Assembly (NCBI GenBank): GCA_043741435.1
Contig: JAYUBF010000332.1
Location: forward strand, 22,279 to 86,278
Direction: 5' to 3'
Source of the DNA: Myxococcales bacterium
GTDB lineage: Bacteria; Myxococcota_A; Polyangia; Palsa-1104
DNA: 64,000 bases
Below are positions 39,507 to 49,376 of the stretch, piece after piece; within the stretch, counting starts at the first letter, position 1, and the number at the start of each line of letters is the position of its first letter. Below the pieces are notes generated by a model that was not told the DNA's origin, ran no database searches, and worked only from the letters and a program-made list of their open reading frames with translations. A program made the position numbers and the translations under genes.

Positions 39507-40787
39507 TTACTGCTTGAGCTGCACGACCTCTTGCAGCATCTGGTCAGCCGTCGAGACGGTCTTGGCGTTGGCGGAGAAGGCGCGCTGGTAGGCGATGAGC
39601 GTGACGAGCTCGTTGCCGATGTCCACGTTCGACTGCTCGAGCGAGCTGCCGACGATGCCACCGCGCGAGCCGGTCGCCGCGGCGTCAACCAGGGCCTGGC
39701 CCGAGACTTGGGTCTCCGAGAACAGCTGCGAGCCCGAGCGCTGCAGGCCCTTCTCGCTGGCGAACGTCGCGAGGGCGACGCGCACGATGGGCCGGCTCTG
39801 ACCGTTCGAGAACTGACCGGTGATGGTGCCGTCGCTGGAGACGTTCACGCTGGCAAGGTCGCCCGAGCCGTAGCCGTCCTGGTCGAGCTTCTTCACGGTG
39901 TTCGGCGCGGAGAACTGCGTCGAGCCGTTGAGCCCGGTGCCGCCCGCGGCGATATCGTCGCCGAAGCTGAAGGCGATGGCTTGGTTCGCCGTTGCACCCA
40001 CGAAGCTGGCGGACGAGGCGACGGTGGTCTGCGCGGTGAGCGCACCTGCGGTGTTGAAGGTGGCCGTGCCGTTCGCGATCTCGGTGGGCACGCCCGCGGT
40101 TCCACCGGCGAGCTCTCCACCGTCGACCATCGCGTGCCACTCCCAGGCGCCGGCGCCGTTGTCGCGGAAGAACACGTCGGCGCGGTGCGCGGTGCCGAGC
40201 GAGTCGTACACCGTGGCCGACGTCGAGTAGTTCGACGTGCCGCTCGGGTTCGCAGCGCTCCAAGCGGCCGGCGGTATCGACGAGGAGTCGAGGTTCACCG
40301 ACAGGTCGAGCTTGGTGGTGGGGTTCGGCGAGCTCTGGCCACCGATGACGAGGTCGCCCACGGCTTGCGACGGCTTGCCGGTCGCGTCGATGGTGTAGCC
40401 CTGCACCTTTAGGCCCTGGCCGTTGACGAGCGTGCCCTTGTTGTCGAGCTTGAACTGGCCGTCACGCGTGTAGTAGCTGCCGTCGACGCCGTTGTGGTTG
40501 CCCTTCACGACGAAGAAGCCGTTGCCCTGCACGGCCATGTCGAGCGGTTGGCCGGTGTTGGTGATGGTGCCCTGGCCGAACAGCGTGTCGGGGCCGGTCA
40601 TGCGCGAGCCTTGTCCGAGGTTCTGTCCGTTGCTCGCGGCGCCGCCGATCATGTCTTCGAACACTGCGCGGTTCTGTTTGAAGCCGACGGTGGACGCGTT
40701 GGCGATGTCGTCGCCGACGATTCCGATCGCGTCACCATGCGCAGCGAGACCGTTGGCACCCGTGTACAGCGAGCTGAAGATGGACAT
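39507..40787 (-). CDS. flgE: flagellar hook protein FlgE
   Basis: N-terminal Flg_bb_rod motif (IANASTVGFK), the central FlgE hook domain and the C-terminal Flg_bbr_C (VDIGNELVTLIAYQRAFSANAKTVST). Confidence 0.9.
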   Translation of the reverse strand: MSIFSSLYTGANGLAAHGDAIGIVGDDIANASTVGFKQNRAVFEDMIGGAASNGQNLGQGSRMTGPDTLFGQGTITNTGQPLDMAVQGNGFFVVKGNHNGVDGSYYTRDGQFKLDNKGTLVNGQGLKVQGYTIDATGKPSQAVGDLVIGGQSSPNPTTKLDLSVNLDSSSIPPAAWSAANPSGTSNYSTSATVYDSLGTAHRADVFFRDNGAGAWEWHAMVDGGELAGGTAGVPTEIANGTATFNTAGALTAQTTVASSASFVGATANQAIAFSFGDDIAAGGTGLNGSTQFSAPNTVKKLDQDGYGSGDLASVNVSSDGTITGQFSNGQSRPIVRVALATFASEKGLQRSGSQLFSETQVSGQALVDAAATGSRGGIVGSSLEQSNVDIGNELVTLIAYQRAFSANAKTVSTADQMLQEVVQLKQ

Positions 40788-40832
40788 TCGGTTTGCTCCT
40801 TCGCCTGTTGGCGTGGTGGACGAGTTGGGTGG

Positions 40833-41612
40833 TTACTTCTGGACGCTGATGATGTCGCCGGGACCCACGGGGGAGCCGCCGACCCGGAGTTGCGTGGAAC
40901 CCGAGCCGAAGTCGACCGAAGTGACGGTGCCGGTGATCTGGGCGTAGCCGTCGACGGTGCTGTTGCCCGAGCCAGTCGCGACCACCTTGACGCCGTAGTT
41001 GCCGGGCGCGAGCTGCCGCCCCTTGTCATCGAGGCCGCCCCAGTTGGTCTCGACGTCGCCGGCAGTGCGCGAGCCGAGATCGATGGTGCGAACGATGGCG
41101 CCGGAGGAGTCGGTGATCTGCACCTTCACGCTGTTCGCGTTCGTGGGCAGGTGCACCTGGAGATTCACCGGCGTGGCCGGCGCACCTTGCACGGTGAGGG
41201 TGCTGGTCTTCGCGACCGCCGCGTGACCCACGAGGCCGGCAAGCTGGATGCGCTGGTTCGCCGCTTGCGCGGAGGTCAACGACGCGAGCTGATCGTTGGT
41301 CTCGGTGCTCTGCTCGAGCGCGGAAAACTGCGCGAGCTGCGTGACGAACGCGGTCGGATCCTGCGGGCTCAGCGGATCTTGGTGCTGGAGCTGCGCCACC
41401 AGCAGCTTCAAGAACTGGTCCTTCGAGACCTTTGCGTTGCCGGTCGCGCTCGCGAGCTGGCTCGCGTTCGAGGTGGTCGACGTGGTGCCGGTCGTCGAGG
41501 TCGTGCTGCCAGTGCTCGTGGCGGTGGTCGCCGTGGAGCTCGCTGACGTGGACTTCGCGGTAACGCTGCTGGCGACGCCGGCGACGGTGGAGGCGATGCT
41601 TCCGATGCTCAT
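40833..41612 (-). CDS. flgD: flagellar hook capping/assembly protein FlgD
   Basis: FlgD signature QDPLSPQDPT...QLAQFSALEQ. The Ser/Thr-rich N-terminus is typical. Confidence 0.85.
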   Translation of the reverse strand: MSIGSIASTVAGVASSVTAKSTSASSTATTATSTGSTTSTTGTTSTTSNASQLASATGNAKVSKDQFLKLLVAQLQHQDPLSPQDPTAFVTQLAQFSALEQSTETNDQLASLTSAQAANQRIQLAGLVGHAAVAKTSTLTVQGAPATPVNLQVHLPTNANSVKVQITDSSGAIVRTIDLGSRTAGDVETNWGGLDDKGRQLAPGNYGVKVVATGSGNSTVDGYAQITGTVTSVDFGSGSTQLRVGGSPVGPGDIISVQK

Positions 41613-41620
41613 GTTCTCTC

Positions 41621-42781
41621 CTAGGCCATCACGACGACTCGTTGGGAGTCGCGCGGGGTGGACGATTCTTCGGACGAGGGCTTGGTGACGGCGTTGGACG
41701 AGCGACGCTCGCGAGGCTCGGTGGCTTCCTCGCGCGCGGGATTTCGCGCGTCTTGCTGCGACAGATCGAGACCGTGACGACCGAGCGCCTCGCGCAGCTC
41801 GTGCTGCCCGTTGCGCAGCGCTTCCGCCAAGGCATTGCCCGCCGGCGTGTTCTGCTCCACATCGACGGAGACGCGGTTCGCGTGCGTCGAGATGGTCATC
41901 ACCACGCGCTCGTCGCCAGAGCCGAGCACCAGGCGCGCACGGTGCCCTTCGATGGAGCCGCCGCCGACGTCGACGATCTTCTCGGCCAGGCCGTGCCAGT
42001 CGACGTCCTTCACTTCCTTGGCCGCCTCCACCGGCGCCGGTGCATCGGAGGCGAGCTGCTGCATCGGCGCTGCCAAGGTGCCCACCACGGGCTTCGTCGT
42101 ACGAGGGCCGTCGACCCGCGCGCCCGCCTCGTCGCTGTCGTTCGCCGGCGCCGACTTCGGCGGGAGCTGCTGTGCGATGAGGTCCATCAACAGATCGGCG
42201 TGCTCTGGGGCGCGCGTCGCGACCGTCGGCGCGGGCTCGGGTTGCTCTTGCTGCGGCGTCGCCACGGCACGCTTCGCCGAGTCGGCCGTCGAAGCGGCCG
42301 TCGAAGCACTCGTCGACACGTCGTGGCTCTCATCCCGATCGGCCGGCTGCATCGGGGAGAGCACCTGGTCGAAGACGCCGGGCTTGCCGAGGTCGGCCAG
42401 CGTGCTGAGGGTCGGGCCCGCGACCGCTCGCGCTTCGACGCTGCCCACGGCCGCAGCGCCGAGCTCCTCGACATGGGCGATCGCGCCATCGGTTTGGGTC
42501 CGCTCGGTGGCCGGCGCCGGATCCGTATCGGGCTCGACCGGCGGCAAGACCCGGACGGGCTCGGGCGCGGGCGTCGCACCTTCGGGAGATTTGCGATCGC
42601 TGGTCTTGGTCTTCTTGCCCATCGCGGTGCTCGACGCGGGCTTCCCAGCGGCGTCACGATCGTTCGTCCGACGCGAGCGGAACGCTTGCTCGAAGACGCT
42701 CGGCTCGCCTTCGTTGGCGATCGTCGCGCGAGCATCGGCGGTTGTCGCTGCGAGCGTGCGCTCGAGGCCATGGAGCTTCAT
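41621..42781 (-). CDS. fliK: flagellar hook-length control protein FliK
   Basis: Pro/Ala-rich central region and a C-terminal Flg_hook domain (RARLVLGSGDERVVMTISTHANRVSVDVEQ). Position between flgD and fliJ. Confidence 0.75.
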   Translation of the reverse strand: MKLHGLERTLAATTADARATIANEGEPSVFEQAFRSRRTNDRDAAGKPASSTAMGKKTKTSDRKSPEGATPAPEPVRVLPPVEPDTDPAPATERTQTDGAIAHVEELGAAAVGSVEARAVAGPTLSTLADLGKPGVFDQVLSPMQPADRDESHDVSTSASTAASTADSAKRAVATPQQEQPEPAPTVATRAPEHADLLMDLIAQQLPPKSAPANDSDEAGARVDGPRTTKPVVGTLAAPMQQLASDAPAPVEAAKEVKDVDWHGLAEKIVDVGGGSIEGHRARLVLGSGDERVVMTISTHANRVSVDVEQNTPAGNALAEALRNGQHELREALGRHGLDLSQQDARNPAREEATEPRERRSSNAVTKPSSEESSTPRDSQRVVVMA

Positions 42782-43224
42782 CGGACTTCCTTCCGGTGCA
42801 TCACGCTGGCCGAGCGCTCGTCGGAGTCGGTCTGTTCGGCCTTGTCGCGCTCTGCGTCGCGACCGCGTCGCGCCGTCTCGAGCTGCTTCTCCGAGCCGCG
42901 CAGATCACGCTCGCGACGATTCATGTGCTGGCGAGCCTTCTCCACGACGGCGACGTGCTTGCTCAGGACCGAGCGTGCGGCCACCGCCGCGCGATCCGCG
43001 TCGTGGCGTTGATCTTGAAAGAGCTCGAGCGCGCGGATGTTCGACGCTCTCGCGAGGTGCCCTGCCGCCTCGTCGATGAAGCGCTGGTGCTCGGCGCGCA
43101 GCTCGTCCGCGTGCTGCGCCGCTTCTTGGCGCTTCGCATCGGCCACGGCCATCTCACCGGCCGACAGGTCACGCAGGCGCTTCCGGGCAGTGACGATGCG
43201 AGAGAGCATCTTGACCGGGCTCAC
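42778..43224 (-). CDS. fliJ: flagellar export protein FliJ
   Basis: 148 aa coiled-coil protein. It lies immediately downstream of fliI with a 4 bp overlap. Confidence 0.7.
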   Translation of the reverse strand: MSPVKMLSRIVTARKRLRDLSAGEMAVADAKRQEAAQHADELRAEHQRFIDEAAGHLARASNIRALELFQDQRHDADRAAVAARSVLSKHVAVVEKARQHMNRRERDLRGSEKQLETARRGRDAERDKAEQTDSDERSASVMHRKEVR

Positions 43225-44534
43225 TTCGCGGCCCCGGCGATGTCGGCGAACGCACGACGCGCAGCTTCGGGCTCCGTGCGCTCGCTCGTGTGCTGGCGCA
43301 GGATGCCGTCGAGCTTCTCGCCGCGATCGAGCAACGCGTCGTTGGTGGTGTTCGAGCCCGGCACGTACGCGCCGAGGCTGCGGAGCTCTTCGAGCTCTCG
43401 GCGACGAGCCAGGAGCGAGCGAACTTGCTGAATCTGATCTTGGCCCTCGCGCGGAACGACCTGGCGCAAAACGCGTGAAGTCGAGGCCAGCACGTCGATC
43501 GCCGGGAAGTGACCGCGGGCCGCCAGGTCGCGCGACAACACGATGTGGCCGTCGAGCAGCGAGCGCGCGGAGTCGGCCACCGGGTCGTTGAGGTCATCTC
43601 CTTCGACCAGCACCGTGTAGATACCGGTGATGGAGCCGCCCGCCTTCATCGGGGCGACGCGCTCGAGCAGTCGTGGCAGCGCGGCGAAGACCGACGGCGG
43701 ATACCCCTTCGATGCGGGTGGCTCACCCGCGGAGAGGCCGATCTCGCGAAGGGCCATCGCGTAGCGCGTGAGCGAGTCGATGACGAGCAGCACGTGGGCG
43801 CCGCGCGCGCAGAACGCCTCGGCGATGGCGGTGGCGACCTGTGCACCACGCGCGCGCTCGAGCGGCGAGCGGTCCGACGTGGCAGCAACAGCGACGGCGT
43901 TCTTCAGCGCGCCGGTTACCATGAGGTCTTGCACTTCGCAGCCACGCTCCCCGATGAGTCCGAACACCACGACATCGGCATTCGACTGGTCGACGATCTG
44001 GCGGAGCAACACCGTCTTGCCGACGCCGGCGCCAGCGAAGATGCCGACGCGCTGACCACGGCCAAGCGTGAGTAGCCCATCGATGGCGCGCACGCCGGTG
44101 GCGAACGGCTCACGCACGCCGATGCGTTCGGCGACACCGGGCGCGGGGCGATCGATCGGGATGCGGGTGCCGCGCGGGAGCGCCGGGCCACCGTCGATGG
44201 GGTTCCCGAACACGTCGACGATGCGACCGATCAGCGCGTCGGAAAAGAAAATCTCGAAGCCACCCATCGCGCGATCGACCAACGCGCCGACGGCGACGCC
44301 GCGAACCTCGGACAGCGACATCACGACGGCGGTCCCTTCACGCAGGCCGACCACTTCACCGAGAAGCGGCGAGCCTTCCCGCGCGACGCGCACCATCTCG
44401 CCGATACGCGCTTCGGGCAGGCTGACCTCGAGGGTGAAGCCGGTGATGCGCACCACGCGGCCGCGCGTCATGACGTGCGCGCTCGAGCGAACCGCCGATC
44501 GTGCGCGATCAAGGATGCCTTGCGGCAAGCTCAT
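43221..44534 (-). CDS. fliI: flagellum-specific ATP synthase FliI
   Basis: Walker A GAGVGKT and Walker B VLLVIDSLTR. The F1-ATPase beta-like fold is colinear with FliI/T3SS ATPases. Confidence 0.95.
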   Translation of the reverse strand: MSLPQGILDRARSAVRSSAHVMTRGRVVRITGFTLEVSLPEARIGEMVRVAREGSPLLGEVVGLREGTAVVMSLSEVRGVAVGALVDRAMGGFEIFFSDALIGRIVDVFGNPIDGGPALPRGTRIPIDRPAPGVAERIGVREPFATGVRAIDGLLTLGRGQRVGIFAGAGVGKTVLLRQIVDQSNADVVVFGLIGERGCEVQDLMVTGALKNAVAVAATSDRSPLERARGAQVATAIAEAFCARGAHVLLVIDSLTRYAMALREIGLSAGEPPASKGYPPSVFAALPRLLERVAPMKAGGSITGIYTVLVEGDDLNDPVADSARSLLDGHIVLSRDLAARGHFPAIDVLASTSRVLRQVVPREGQDQIQQVRSLLARRRELEELRSLGAYVPGSNTTNDALLDRGEKLDGILRQHTSERTEPEAARRAFADIAGAAK

Positions 44535-45274
44535 CGCGAGCCCTCATCGAACGACGATGCGTCCCCGACGTCTTCGATTTCCCCGGTCTCCACTACCGAG
44601 TCGTCTGCCGGTTCGGGTGGCAGGAAGAGCTCACACAGGCTGTGACGAACGGCGTCGAGGCGGCGCTCGATACCGAGGTCGATCACGCGCTGCGGCGTCT
44701 CGATGACGCAGCCACCGATGCCCAAGGTGTCGTCGTCCACGAAGTAACCGGCGCCCACGAGCTCCGGACGACGGCTCATGAGGTAGGCGAGGTCGGTCTT
44801 GCCCATGCGCACGATGACGCCACGCTTCTCTTCCACATTGGCGAGCGCTTGCTCGACCGTGTTCACCAGCACGTCGCGGTCGACGGACATCTCGTGCCCG
44901 ACGAGCTCACCCGCCGTGGCGAGCGCAAGATCGACGATCTCGGTGGGGTTGGGCTTCTGCAGATCGCGAGTGGCCTTGTCGAGGCGTGCGATGGCGTCGA
45001 GGTATCGTTGCGCCAGCGTTTCGATCTTGGTCTGGGCGGCGAGGAGGCCTTCGCGCTCCCCCTCCATGCGCGCGGCGTCCTTCAACGCTTCGAGATCGAA
45101 CACGGGCGCCACCGGTTCGGCAGCAGCGGTCGAGGCCAACGCCGCCGCGGATACCGGCGTGAGCACGGACCAGCGTCGACGCACGCCTTCGCGATTCGGG
45201 AGCTGCGCGTTCAGGGGCACCTGCGACGGTGTGCGGCGCATGTTCTCGATCATCGACTCGGCGGCGCTACTCAT
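44531..45274 (-). CDS. fliH: flagellar assembly protein FliH
   Basis: FliH-like C-terminal domain (VVDDDTLGIGGCVIETPQRVIDLGIERRL) and an N-terminal coiled coil. Positioned between fliG and fliI. Confidence 0.8.
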   Translation of the reverse strand: MSSAAESMIENMRRTPSQVPLNAQLPNREGVRRRWSVLTPVSAAALASTAAAEPVAPVFDLEALKDAARMEGEREGLLAAQTKIETLAQRYLDAIARLDKATRDLQKPNPTEIVDLALATAGELVGHEMSVDRDVLVNTVEQALANVEEKRGVIVRMGKTDLAYLMSRRPELVGAGYFVDDDTLGIGGCVIETPQRVIDLGIERRLDAVRHSLCELFLPPEPADDSVVETGEIEDVGDASSFDEGSR

Positions 45275-46278
45275 ACCGTGCCTCCGTCACCGCCCGAAGG
45301 CAGCATCAGACGACCTTCGCCACCGAGACGCGTCGCGATCTCGAGGACCTCGCGCTGGGCGGCCTCGACGTCGGCGAGCTTCATCGGAGGCAGCGCGGAC
45401 AGATCCTCGCGGAGCGACGCGGCGGCGCGTTGCGAGATGGCCGACAACAGGTGGTCGCGGAGCGCCTTGCTCGCGGTCTTGAGGGCGATGAGGAGGCGAT
45501 CGCTCTGGACCTCGCGCATGAGCTGCTGGAGCCCGCGGACATCGACCCGGAGCAGATCCTCGAAGGTGAACATCGCTTCGCGCAGCTTTGGGGCGAGGGC
45601 CTCGTCGGACCTCGCGACGTCGTCGAGAATGCGTTTGCCGCTCTCGGGGTTGAGGTCGTTGAGCAAGGCGGCGGCGAAGGCGATGCCGTCGAACTCGCGG
45701 TCTTCCGCAACCGAGGTCGCGGCGCCCGCGGAGTTGAGCGCGTCGGCGATGGCTTGCGAGGCGAGCTGCGCGGTCTCGGACGGGATCGAGTCGAGCTTAC
45801 CGATGCGGGCGACCACATCCGCTTGCTTGGCCTCGGGCATCGCGGAGAGGACCTTGGCGGCTTGCGAACGCGGCAGCTGCGCGATGACGACCGCGGCCAG
45901 CTGCGGGTGCTCTTCGTCGAGGAGGTCGGCGAGCAACGGCGCCTTCGCGCCGCGGAGTCGGTCGAGCGGCGCCGGCTCGGTCGCGCTCGGCGCGGCGAGG
46001 AGGCTGCGTGCACGCTCGGCGCCGAGGCTGGTGGCCGCGAGGCGTCGGATGTAGCCGGAGGCATCGTGTGCCATGACCGGCTGGTTCATCTGGATGGCGA
46101 ACGCGTCGAGCGCCTCGGGGAATCGCTCGACCACAGCGTTGTCGAGCTTGTCGGCGGACTCGACCAGCGCGCGGAGCACCGCGGGGTCGAGGTGCTTGAC
46201 CACTTCGGCGGCGGCGGCCTCGTCGAGCGCGAGCATCACCAGTGCGGCTTTCTGCGATCCGCTCAACTGGACAGTCAT
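45271..46278 (-). CDS. fliG: flagellar motor switch protein FliG
   Basis: FliG N, M and C domains (ARM-like repeats; LSGSQKAALVMLALDEAAAAEV... and the C-terminal REVQSDRLLIALKTASKALRDHL). Confidence 0.9.
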   Translation of the reverse strand: MTVQLSGSQKAALVMLALDEAAAAEVVKHLDPAVLRALVESADKLDNAVVERFPEALDAFAIQMNQPVMAHDASGYIRRLAATSLGAERARSLLAAPSATEPAPLDRLRGAKAPLLADLLDEEHPQLAAVVIAQLPRSQAAKVLSAMPEAKQADVVARIGKLDSIPSETAQLASQAIADALNSAGAATSVAEDREFDGIAFAAALLNDLNPESGKRILDDVARSDEALAPKLREAMFTFEDLLRVDVRGLQQLMREVQSDRLLIALKTASKALRDHLLSAISQRAAASLREDLSALPPMKLADVEAAQREVLEIATRLGGEGRLMLPSGGDGGTV

Positions 46279-47864
46279 CGTGCGTCTCCTAGCGAGGCGG
46301 TCGGGGCGTTCTGCTCGGCGACCCAGGCGGTCAGGATCCGGGCCGCGCGGGCAGCGTCGAGGCGGGCGGCTTCGCTCGCGCGGTCACGCGGCAGCGTCGA
46401 GACGTGCGGCAGCGCCGGCGCCTGTTGCTCGAGCTCGGCCGCCAGCTGGCTGGCCGGCATCGGCAGATTGCGGGTCGGCATCATCAGCGCGCGGCGACGG
46501 CGACGAGCGCGGGCCATCATGACCAGGCTCCCGATGAGCAGCACGAACACGCCGGCACCGACCCCAGCCGCGATGAGCACCTTGCGGTCGCGCCACATCG
46601 GAAGGCCCGCGGCAATCGCCGCCTCGACCTCGTCGGAGACGAACGCGCTGGAGCGAACCTCGATGCGGTCACCGCGCTCGGAGTCGAGACCAGCGGCTTC
46701 ACGGGCGAGCGAGGTGATCTCGGCGAGCTGCTCCGCGCTACGAGCAACGATGGGGCTCTTCAGGTCGGCCGGATCCTTGTGAACACCATCGACGAGCACG
46801 GCGACGTGCAAGCGACGCACGTGGCTCTTCGGGCCGGTCGACTTGCTGACGGTGCGCGTGACCTCGAAGTTGCGGGTCTCGGAGAGGTGGTGCGCGCCCG
46901 CAGTGCCGCCGGCTGGCGTCGTGGTGGGCGCCGGCGCACCGGGCAAGTTGCCACGCGCGCCGGCGACGCCACCGGTCGACGGGTCGCCCGTGCCGCTGCC
47001 GTCGGTGATGCGCGACTCGGAGCGAAGCGCGGTGCGATCCTTGTCGTAGACTTCTTCGGTGCGCTCGAGGCGCGTGTGATCGACATCGGCTGTTACTGCG
47101 ACCTGGACGTGGCCAGCCCCGACGATCCGTTCGACCATCTGGCGCACACGGAGCGAGACTCCGCGCTCCAGATCGACGCCAGAGCCAGAGCCGGCGCCCT
47201 CTTCACCCGACCACAGGCTGACGCCGCGCTCGTCGACGATGGTGACGTGCTCGGGCTGCAGGCCGTTCACGCTCGAGGCGACCAGGTGCACGATGCCGCG
47301 AACCTGCGGCTCGGCGAGGTGGGTGCCCACCTTCAGCGTGAGGACCACCGACGCGGTCGACGGCTCTTCTTCTTCTTTGTAGAGGGTGCGCTCCTTGATG
47401 GCGAGATGGACGCGAGCCCGACCCACACCATCGACGGAGAGGATGCTGCGCTCGAGCTCACCCTGCAGCGCGCGGCGAAAGTTCATCTGCTCGATGAAGC
47501 TCGAGGTGCCGAACGTCTGCTTGTCGAAGAGCTCGTAACCGATGCCGCCGCCGCGGGGCAGGCCACTCTGGGCGAGAGCGATGCGCAGCTCGGGAACGCG
47601 CGAGGCCTGGACCTCGATGGTGCTGCCGTTGTTCTCGAGACGGTACGGAGCGTTCTGCGCCTTGAGCGCCTCGAGCACCTTGCCCGCGTCCTCGGCAGCG
47701 AGCCCGGTGTAGAGCGTGGCGTAGGGCTCGGTATTCCCGCGCATCGCGACGAACAACGCGGCGGACAGCGTGACCACGGCCGCACCGATGACGAGCGCGC
47801 GACGCTGCGGCGACAGCTTCGCCCACAGTGCCTTTGCCTCTTCGATGGGATTGCGCTCGGCCAT
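46275..47864 (-). CDS. fliF: flagellar MS-ring protein FliF
   Basis: N-terminal TM helix, the YscJ/FliF periplasmic domain, a second TM helix (VLIAAGVGAGVFVLLIGSLVMMA) and a C-terminal FliG-binding tail. Confidence 0.9.
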   Translation of the reverse strand: MAERNPIEEAKALWAKLSPQRRALVIGAAVVTLSAALFVAMRGNTEPYATLYTGLAAEDAGKVLEALKAQNAPYRLENNGSTIEVQASRVPELRIALAQSGLPRGGGIGYELFDKQTFGTSSFIEQMNFRRALQGELERSILSVDGVGRARVHLAIKERTLYKEEEEPSTASVVLTLKVGTHLAEPQVRGIVHLVASSVNGLQPEHVTIVDERGVSLWSGEEGAGSGSGVDLERGVSLRVRQMVERIVGAGHVQVAVTADVDHTRLERTEEVYDKDRTALRSESRITDGSGTGDPSTGGVAGARGNLPGAPAPTTTPAGGTAGAHHLSETRNFEVTRTVSKSTGPKSHVRRLHVAVLVDGVHKDPADLKSPIVARSAEQLAEITSLAREAAGLDSERGDRIEVRSSAFVSDEVEAAIAAGLPMWRDRKVLIAAGVGAGVFVLLIGSLVMMARARRRRRALMMPTRNLPMPASQLAAELEQQAPALPHVSTLPRDRASEAARLDAARAARILTAWVAEQNAPTASLGDAR

Positions 47865-47884
47865 GGTCGTTTAGCTCCGGCTCA

Positions 47885-48187
47885 CTACAGGGGGGTGTTG
47901 AGGAGCTCTTTGTAGGCGTCGATGAGCTTGTTCTTGAGGTTCACGGCGTATTTCACCGAGATGGCTGCCTTCTCGCTGGCGATCATGACCTCGTGGATGC
48001 CGACGTTCGGGTCACCGGTGGCGAAGCGCTGCGCGGCATCATCGGCCGTGCGCTCTGCCGTGCCCGCGTTGCCGACCGCATCCTTGAGCGCGGAGGCAAA
48101 GTCGAGGCCGTGAGTCGCAGGACCTGCAGGGTCGAGTGCTTTGACGTCGAGACTGGCGGTTGCACCGACGGGGCGAATGGGTCCCAT
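47885..48187 (-). CDS. fliE: flagellar hook-basal body protein FliE
   Basis: 100 aa. C-terminal FliE motif (IHEVMIASEKAAISVKYAVNLKNKLIDAYKEL). Confidence 0.85.
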   Translation of the reverse strand: MGPIRPVGATASLDVKALDPAGPATHGLDFASALKDAVGNAGTAERTADDAAQRFATGDPNVGIHEVMIASEKAAISVKYAVNLKNKLIDAYKELLNTPL

Positions 48188-48190
48188 CCG

Positions 48191-48628
48191 TTACTTGCCG
48201 ATCTGGAGCGCGCGCTCCGCCAGCGTGGATGCGGTCTCGAGCGCGGTGACACCCGCTTGGTACGCGCGGGAGGCGGTGATCATGTCCACCATTTCCTCGA
48301 CGCCGTTGATGTTCGGGTACGCCACGTAGCCGTCGGCGTTCGCATCGGGGTGACCCGGGTCGTACTCGAGGCGCGGCGGGTTCTTGTCGTCGTTGATCGA
48401 TGCGACCTTCACGCCCGAGATGTTGCGCGCCGGGTCGCCGGCCGTACCGCCAGAGATCTTCTCGTTCGCCGTAACCGACTGGAGCACCACTTCCTTGCGC
48501 TTGTACGGCCCACCGGCGGCGGTCTGCGTGGTCTGCGCGTTGGCGAGGTTGGACGAGGCGACGTTGATGCGCTCACGTTCGGCCGTGAGGCCCGAGGCAC
48601 TGACATCCATCGCGGTGAAAAAATCCAT
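48191..48628 (-). CDS. flgC: flagellar basal-body rod protein FlgC
   Basis: N-terminal SASGLTAERERINVASSNLANAQTT and a C-terminal Flg_bbr_C (VEEMVDMITASRAYQAGV). Confidence 0.9.
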   Translation of the reverse strand: MDFFTAMDVSASGLTAERERINVASSNLANAQTTQTAAGGPYKRKEVVLQSVTANEKISGGTAGDPARNISGVKVASINDDKNPPRLEYDPGHPDANADGYVAYPNINGVEEMVDMITASRAYQAGVTALETASTLAERALQIGK

Positions 48629-48670
48629 GGTGAGTCTCCTCTTGGTTTCGCTGAGTGAAAGCCGTTAGCC

Positions 48671-49087
48671 CTAACCGCCGTTGCCGTCGCCCGCCGCGTA
48701 GCGCAGGAGGGACAGCCGGCGTGACGCGAGCTCGGTCGACGTCGAGTAGCGGACGCGGTTCGCCGCGATCTTCGACATCTCGCGCTCGAGGTTCACCGCG
48801 TTGCCGTCCGCCGACACGGTCTCGGCCGGGTCGGCGAACACGCGCATCTCGTCCGTCGACATGGCGCCGGCATCGAGGTGCGCGCCGTCCGTCTTCGTGA
48901 CCGGCGTTCCCGCATCGGTGGGCACCGGCGGCGCAACGCGCTCGAGATCCTTCGGCTGGTAGCCCGGCGTATCGAGGTTGGAAAGGTTGCCCGCCAGGAC
49001 CCCGTGACGCTCCCGGTGGAAGGTCATGGCGCGTTCCAGGTTGTCGACGCCTTCGAAGAGGGTTTTCACATCACCGAGACGTAGCAA
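48671..49087 (-). CDS. flgB: flagellar basal-body rod protein FlgB
   Basis: HGVLAGNLSNLDTPGYQPKD and a C-terminal rod motif (EMSKIAANRVRYSTSTEL). It is the first gene of the long minus-strand flagellar operon. Confidence 0.85.
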   Translation of the reverse strand: MLRLGDVKTLFEGVDNLERAMTFHRERHGVLAGNLSNLDTPGYQPKDLERVAPPVPTDAGTPVTKTDGAHLDAGAMSTDEMRVFADPAETVSADGNAVNLEREMSKIAANRVRYSTSTELASRRLSLLRYAAGDGNGG

Positions 49088-49305
49088 GCGCTCGGCCAGC
49101 GCCTCTCGCGAGCGGGATCAGCTATCTGCGAGGCCGGGTGACAGGAAGCGCGTCGTTGGAATTGACGACGGCGACAGGTGGCACGTCGATCGAGGGTGCC
49201 ACGGAGACCTACACGCGCGTAGGTGGGCACACGCGCCGGCGCCTCGACGGGAGACCGGGCGGTGCGGTGTTCGGTCTATATAGACGACCACGTTCGATCC
49301 CACTT

Positions 49306-49376
49306 AAGAGGGGTGGTGCTAGATTCAGTTCCAGTGGGAGAAATCCCTTGGGGGGTTCGACCCCCTCTTTCGCACC
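49306..49376 (+). repeat. structured direct repeat copy 1 (about 60 nt; AAGAGG...CCTCTT outer stem, GGGA-GAAA-TCCC tetraloop hairpin, GGGGG-TTCGACC-CCCTC T-arm-like hairpin)
   Basis: About 90% identical to 51719..51780 in the same orientation. It lies in the flgB upstream region. Confidence 0.6.

Noticed and set aside
40494-47915. Several long plus-strand ORFs (350-530 aa) opposite flgE/flgD, fliH/fliG and fliF.
   Set aside because: Typical spurious antisense ORFs in 70% GC DNA, where stop codons are rare. Their translations are Arg/Ala/Gly-rich with no motifs, and every locus is fully accounted for by the minus-strand flagellar genes.
49351-49376. A possible tRNA gene or tRNA 3' fragment, suggested by the GGGGG-TTCGACC-CCCTC T-arm-like hairpin.
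   Set aside because: There is no matching 5' acceptor strand, D-arm or anticodon arm upstream, and no CCA or discriminator arrangement. I treat it as a structured repeat, not a tRNA.
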